Assembly: GCF_051201565.1 (NCBI RefSeq)
Contig: NZ_CP179200.1
Location: 1,320,001 to 1,352,000, forward strand
Direction of reading: 5' to 3'
Length of the DNA stretch: 32,000 nucleotides
Source of the DNA: Pseudothioglobus sp. nBUS_23
GTDB taxonomy: Bacteria > Pseudomonadota > Gammaproteobacteria > PS1 > Pseudothioglobaceae
The position numbers and the translations under genes were made by a program. The notes under the pieces were generated by a model. That model was not told the origin of the DNA. It worked only from the letters and a program-made list of their open reading frames with translations, and ran no database searches. Shown here one piece after another: positions 27,356-32,000 of the stretch (positions are counted from its first letter, which is position 1; each line of letters starts with the position of its first letter).

Positions 27356-28810
27356 TTATATATTTTGCGCAGCCCTAATTAATGCTTGGGCTTTATCCAT
27401 AGTTTCTTGCCATTCCATCTCTGGAATTGAATCATGAACAATGCCTGCCCCAGCCTGCACATAAAGGACTTTATCTTTGACAATTGCTGTTCTAATAGCA
27501 ATAGCTAAATCCATTCCTCCATGCCAAGACAGATTGCCTATCGCTCCAGAATAAATACTTCTCTTAAGGGTTTCAACTTCATCAATTATTTCCATGGCTC
27601 TAACCTTAGGCGCTCCACTTAAAGTTCCTGCAGGAAAAGTAGCTCTTAAAACGTCTATAGAACTCATGTCATCTTTTAATTCGCACTCAACATTAGATAC
27701 GATATGCATCACATGAGAATAGCGCTCAATGAACATTTTGTCTGTAAGATTCACAGTCCCTGTTTTTGCAATACGTCCCAAATCATTTCGCCCAAGGTCA
27801 ATCAACATTAGGTGTTCAGCAATTTCTTTTTCATCAGACAAAAGATCTTTTTCATTGGCTTTATCCTCTTCTGAAGTTTTACCCCGAGAGCGAGTACCTG
27901 CTATTGGCCTTATAGTTGCAACATTATTGTTATCAACACGAGTAAGAATTTCTGGTGAAGAGCCCACTATAGCAAAATCATCAAGATTTAGATAATACAT
28001 ATAAGGCGATGGATTAAGTATTCTTAACTGTCGATAAAGCTCAACTGGATTGGACTCAAACTTACAACTTAACCTCTGAGATGGCACAACCTGCATGACA
28101 TCCCCAGCAGTAATATACTTCTGAACCTTTTCAACAGCATGGACAAAATTATTCTTTCCAAAGCTCGAGATGAAATCTTCAGACTTAATCATTTCAGATT
28201 TATTAGTTTTATGATCAAAAGATTTTTTAATGTTTGCTTCAATTAAATTTAACTTTTCCTTTCCATCATTAAAAGATTCCTTTTCTGGACTTACATGAGT
28301 AATGATATGGACTTTACTGGTTAAATTATCAACCACCAATAAATCGTTAGAAACCATTAACAAAATATCTGGAACATTAAGCTCATCAGTCTTATCAATG
28401 TTCTTTAATTTAGGCTCAATATATCGAATAATTTCATATCCAAAGTATCCTACAAGCCCTCCATTAAAGTCTGGAAGACTGTCTAACTGGGGTACTTTAA
28501 ATTGCTCCTGATAAGTTTGAATCCAGGCGAGTGGGTCTTTAACCTCAAACTGTTCATCTAGATGGCCATTTTTTTCAATAGAAACCTCATACCCATTGAC
28601 TTTGATAATAGTTTCAGCGCCAAGACCGATAAAGGAGTAACGTCCCCACTTTTCTCCGCCTTGCACTGATTCTAAAAAGTAGGTGAACGGTGTATTGGCA
28701 AGTTTGAGATATAAAGCCAATGGAGTGTCAGTATCAACAACCACCTCCCGTGAGAGAGGTATATGATTAAAGCCCTCTTCTTTGAGGCTATTAAACTGAG
28801 AATATTGCAT
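27356..28810 (-). CDS. trpE: Anthranilate synthase component I
   Basis: 484 aa. LESV N-terminal regulatory motif, and the chorismate-binding domain with GAGIVHDS, FPAGTLSGAPKVRAMEII, GAIGNLSWHGGMDLAIAIRT. Confidence 0.93.
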   Translation of the reverse strand: MQYSQFNSLKEEGFNHIPLSREVVVDTDTPLALYLKLANTPFTYFLESVQGGEKWGRYSFIGLGAETIIKVNGYEVSIEKNGHLDEQFEVKDPLAWIQTYQEQFKVPQLDSLPDFNGGLVGYFGYEIIRYIEPKLKNIDKTDELNVPDILLMVSNDLLVVDNLTSKVHIITHVSPEKESFNDGKEKLNLIEANIKKSFDHKTNKSEMIKSEDFISSFGKNNFVHAVEKVQKYITAGDVMQVVPSQRLSCKFESNPVELYRQLRILNPSPYMYYLNLDDFAIVGSSPEILTRVDNNNVATIRPIAGTRSRGKTSEEDKANEKDLLSDEKEIAEHLMLIDLGRNDLGRIAKTGTVNLTDKMFIERYSHVMHIVSNVECELKDDMSSIDVLRATFPAGTLSGAPKVRAMEIIDEVETLKRSIYSGAIGNLSWHGGMDLAIAIRTAIVKDKVLYVQAGAGIVHDSIPEMEWQETMDKAQALIRAAQNI

Positions 28811-28892
28811 GTATATATTTTATCATTACCAAGTTTATGAAAACTTTAGAATATTCTCAATTCACTAATGGTACGAGTAAATATTACTTAAC

Positions 28893-28937
28893 TTTAAAAA
28901 AGAAAAGGGTTTCATCTTTAAATGAAACCCTTTTTTT
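28893..28937 (-). terminator. Rho-independent terminator after rpoC (bidirectional architecture)
   Basis: Perfect 9-bp GC-containing stem GGGTTTCAT (28907-28915) / ATGAAACCC (28922-28930) with a 6-nt loop. It is extended by A:T pairs and flanked by an A-rich run on the left (reading TTTTCTTTTTT on the minus strand) and T7 on the right. Begins 16 nt after the rpoC stop. Confidence 0.8.
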
Positions 28938-28952
28938 AGTTTTTAGATCAGA

Positions 28953-31900
28953 CTATTCTTCGGCTTCAGCTTCCGCCTCAACCTCACTTAATTGATCTGA
29001 AAGCTCTTGCTCAGCCTCACTGGTTTGCATGAAAGCATCTATACGTCTATTTCTCTTTTCTTGATGATGCTTAAAGCCCGTTCCTGCAGGAATAAGTCTT
29101 CCTACAATGACATTCTCTTTAAGCCCTCTAAGATCATCAACCCTTCCTGTAATTGATGCCTCAGTCAGTACTCTTGTTGTTTCTTGGAAAGAAGCAGCAG
29201 AAATAAACGACTCAGTTGATAGAGAGGCCTTAGTAATTCCCATAAGAAGTCTTTGGAAACTAATTTCTTTCTTATTCTGGGCCTTTAATTGTTTATTTTT
29301 CTCAATAACATGAGCATACTCAGCAGTCTCACCATTTACATAGTTAGAATCGCCATTATCTACAATCTCGACCTTTCTTAGCATTTGCTTAATGACAACT
29401 TCAATATGCTTATCGGAGATCTTAACGCCCTGAAGACGATAGACATTCTGAACTTCTTTCACGATATAGTTTGCTAAAGCTTCAACACCAAGCAGTCTAA
29501 GGATATCATGAGGGTTAGAAGGCCCGTCAGAAATCACATCACCCTTTTCGACAGTTTCACCATCAAACACATTGATTGCTCTCCAATGATGAACCATCAT
29601 TTCAGTAACATCACCTTCTTCACTCGTAATGAGCATGCGCACCTTAGATTTAGTAGGATTACCAAAACTGACAACACCAGCACTTTCTGCCAGAATAGCA
29701 TGATCTTTAGCTTTGCGAGCCTCAAACAAATCTGCAACTCTTGGCAGTCCACCAGTGATATCACTAGTTTTTGAGACAGCTTTAGGGATTTTAGCTAAAA
29801 TTTCTCCAGCATTAATTAACTGACCATCTTCTAAGTTGATTTTAACTCCCGATGGAAGATAATGAGTTGATAAAACCTTCTCCTTATTCTTCTTATCAAG
29901 AAGTTTAATCATTGGTTTCATATCTTTTGCGGCAGAAGTTCTTTCAGCCTCTTCGATGATCTCATAAAAACTTAAACCAGTTAAAGGATCAGCATTTTTA
30001 ACAACTGTTAAGCCCTCATCAAAATCTATAAATGAAACCCGTCCAGAATTTTCAGCAATAATTGGATGCGTGTGTGGATCCCAGTCAGCTATTTTGTCTT
30101 TAGCTTTAACTTTTCCACCATCTTTAAAGTGAACAACAGCACCATATGGCAACTTGTAACGCTCCATAACTTGACCTAAATCATTCCTGATAGAAGCTTC
30201 TGAAGATCTAGAAACAACAACTAAATCTCCATTTGAGTTAGTTATAGATTTCATGTTTTCATAGTGTACTATACCGTCTGTATTGATATTGATACTGTTG
30301 ACAGCTGTAGAAGAGCTTGCTGCACCACCAATATGGAATGTGCGCATTGTAAGCTGAGTTCCTGGCTCACCAATGGATTGAGCTGCTATGACACCTACTG
30401 CTTCCCCAACTCCAATTTTGTGGCCCCTTGCCATATCATTACCATAACATGATGCACAAACACCATATGGCGTTTCACAAGTTATCGCAGACCTCACTTT
30501 AATAAATTCAATACCAAGCTCATTGATGCGATCTGAATCTGAAAGAGTAATCAGGTGATCTTTTTCTAAGAATACTTCTTTACTATTTGGCATAAGTACA
30601 TCCTCAGAAACAATCCTTCCAAGAACAGCGGAACCAAGTGTTTGAACAACATTACCACCGTCGATAACTGCTTTCATAACTAGTCCATTTTCAGTACCAC
30701 AGTCTTCTTCAGTAACCACGAGGTCTTGACCCACATCAACTAGACGTCTTGTTAGATATCCAGAGTTAGCAGTTTTAAGTGCCGTATCCGCCAATCCTTT
30801 TCTTGCTCCATGAGTTGAAATAAAGTATTGCATATTATTAAGACCTTCACGGAAGTTACTAGTGATTGGCGTCTCAATAATTGATCCATCTGGCTTAGCC
30901 ATTAGTCCTCGCATACCGGCTAACTGCCTAATCTGCGCCGGGGAACCTCGAGCACCTGAGTCCGCCATCATGTAGATTGAATTGAAGGAAGGCTTCTTTT
31001 CAGTATTACCCTTAGCATCAGTAATCTCATCATAGCCCACTTTATCCATCATTGCTTTGGCAACTTCTTCAGATGTTCTAGACCAAATATCAATTACCTT
31101 GTTGTAACGCTCGCCATTTGTCACAACACCTGAGGCGAATTGCTGTTGAACATCTTTAATTTGAGAATTGGCCTTGTCAATCATTTCTGATTTTTCACTC
31201 GGTATGATCATGTCATTGGAGCAAAACGAAATTCCTGACTTTGTCGAAAACTCAAATCCCATGTACATCATTTGGTCTGCAAAAATAACAGTCTCTTTAA
31301 GTTCCTGAGTTCTGTAACAAACATGAATCAAGTTAGACACAACTTTTTTTGAAAGTGCTTCATTGATTAAATCAAAAGAGAGCCCCTTAGGTAGAATTCT
31401 TGAAAAAATTGCCCTACCTATTGTAGTATCAACAATTCGAGTGGTACTTGGCTCAAATCCAGAATCAGACTTCACATAATCTTGGACTCTTAGCTTAATT
31501 TTTGCATGAAGAGTGACTAATTTAGAGTCATAGGCCGCAAGAGCTTCATTGGTATTTGCAAAAATCATACCTTCACCCTTTTGATTAACCATTTCTCTAG
31601 TCATATAGTAGAGACCCAAAATCACATCCTGAGAAGGAATAATGATTGGATCACCACTGGCCAAATGAAGAATATTATTAGAAGCCAGCATCAGAGTTCT
31701 TGCTTCCAGCTGCGCCTCTTCTGATAACGGCACATGAACCGCCATTTGGTCACCATCAAAGTCTGCATTAAATGCAGTACAAACGAGAGGATGAAGCTGG
31801 ATAGCTTTACCCTCAATTAGTAAAGGTTCAAACGCCTGAATACCAAGTCTATGAAGAGTAGGGGCACGGTTCAATAGAACTGGATGCTGATGAACAACTC

Positions 31901-32000
31901 TCTCAAGGATATCCCAAACTTCTGGAATCTCACTTTCCACCATCTTTTTAGCCGCTTTAATTGTTGAAGCTAATCCATTAGCTTGAAGTCTATTGTAAAT
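28953..32000 (-). CDS. rpoC: DNA-directed RNA polymerase beta-prime subunit, C-terminal about 1015 codons (N-terminus beyond the right edge)
   Basis: The track starts at an internal Met (31943), but the frame stays open to base 32000 (…[24 protein letters not shown]…), matching E. coli beta-prime around residue 400. [15 protein letters not shown] catalytic motif, trigger-loop region with an SI3-length insertion, acidic tail EAEAEAEE. Confidence 0.97.
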   Translation of the reverse strand: MYNRLQANGLASTIKAAKKMVESEIPEVWDILERVVHQHPVLLNRAPTLHRLGIQAFEPLLIEGKAIQLHPLVCTAFNADFDGDQMAVHVPLSEEAQLEARTLMLASNNILHLASGDPIIIPSQDVILGLYYMTREMVNQKGEGMIFANTNEALAAYDSKLVTLHAKIKLRVQDYVKSDSGFEPSTTRIVDTTIGRAIFSRILPKGLSFDLINEALSKKVVSNLIHVCYRTQELKETVIFADQMMYMGFEFSTKSGISFCSNDMIIPSEKSEMIDKANSQIKDVQQQFASGVVTNGERYNKVIDIWSRTSEEVAKAMMDKVGYDEITDAKGNTEKKPSFNSIYMMADSGARGSPAQIRQLAGMRGLMAKPDGSIIETPITSNFREGLNNMQYFISTHGARKGLADTALKTANSGYLTRRLVDVGQDLVVTEEDCGTENGLVMKAVIDGGNVVQTLGSAVLGRIVSEDVLMPNSKEVFLEKDHLITLSDSDRINELGIEFIKVRSAITCETPYGVCASCYGNDMARGHKIGVGEAVGVIAAQSIGEPGTQLTMRTFHIGGAASSSTAVNSININTDGIVHYENMKSITNSNGDLVVVSRSSEASIRNDLGQVMERYKLPYGAVVHFKDGGKVKAKDKIADWDPHTHPIIAENSGRVSFIDFDEGLTVVKNADPLTGLSFYEIIEEAERTSAAKDMKPMIKLLDKKNKEKVLSTHYLPSGVKINLEDGQLINAGEILAKIPKAVSKTSDITGGLPRVADLFEARKAKDHAILAESAGVVSFGNPTKSKVRMLITSEEGDVTEMMVHHWRAINVFDGETVEKGDVISDGPSNPHDILRLLGVEALANYIVKEVQNVYRLQGVKISDKHIEVVIKQMLRKVEIVDNGDSNYVNGETAEYAHVIEKNKQLKAQNKKEISFQRLLMGITKASLSTESFISAASFQETTRVLTEASITGRVDDLRGLKENVIVGRLIPAGTGFKHHQEKRNRRIDAFMQTSEAEQELSDQLSEVEAEAEAEE

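Noticed and set aside
28811-28892. Searched the region upstream of trpE for a Trp leader peptide, attenuator or TrpR operator. Noted AGTAA-ATA-TTACT (28876-28888) next to ACTCGTAC.
   Set aside because: The dyad has only 5-bp arms. No CTAG core, no leader ORF with Trp codons and no alternative hairpins were found. This is indistinguishable from chance in AT-rich DNA.

Overview
AT-rich, very tightly packed proteobacterial chromosome segment, probably from a streamlined gamma- or betaproteobacterium. That guess rests on type-A RNase P RNA, recA-recX, mreBCD-mrdA, and an rpoC portion about as long as in E. coli; the taxon cannot be confirmed without a search. Nearly all of it is core housekeeping: ltaE (partial), hemJ, ftsY, phhB, hemC, argH, fmt, trmL, prmC, fumarate hydratase, mreBCD-mrdA, tgt, recX, recA, ribD, coaBC, dnaE, trpE and rpoC (partial). 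There is one clear RNA gene, RNase P RNA (rnpB, minus strand, about 12432-12782); three ORFs in the supplied track overlap it and are artefacts. I saw no rRNA, tRNA, CRISPR array, IS or transposon, prophage or recognisable defence system. Genes often overlap or are a few bases apart, including convergent 3' overlaps. Two places deserve a second look. (1) A six-gene accessory block at 7.1-12.35 kb: DMT transporter, trans-sulfuration-family PLP enzyme, M24 DoeA/EutD-like hydrolase, AsnC/Lrp regulator, EutA-like Asp/Glu-racemase-fold protein and EmrE-like SMR pump. It resembles ectoine-utilisation loci but lacks most canonical partners. (2) A 424-bp non-coding gap between the convergent 3' ends of coaBC and dnaE (23415-23838), anomalous for this genome, which opens with an inverted pair of DnaA boxes. 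The remaining findings are small operator-like repeats and synteny oddities of low to moderate interest. I cannot claim that a new biological system is demonstrated here.
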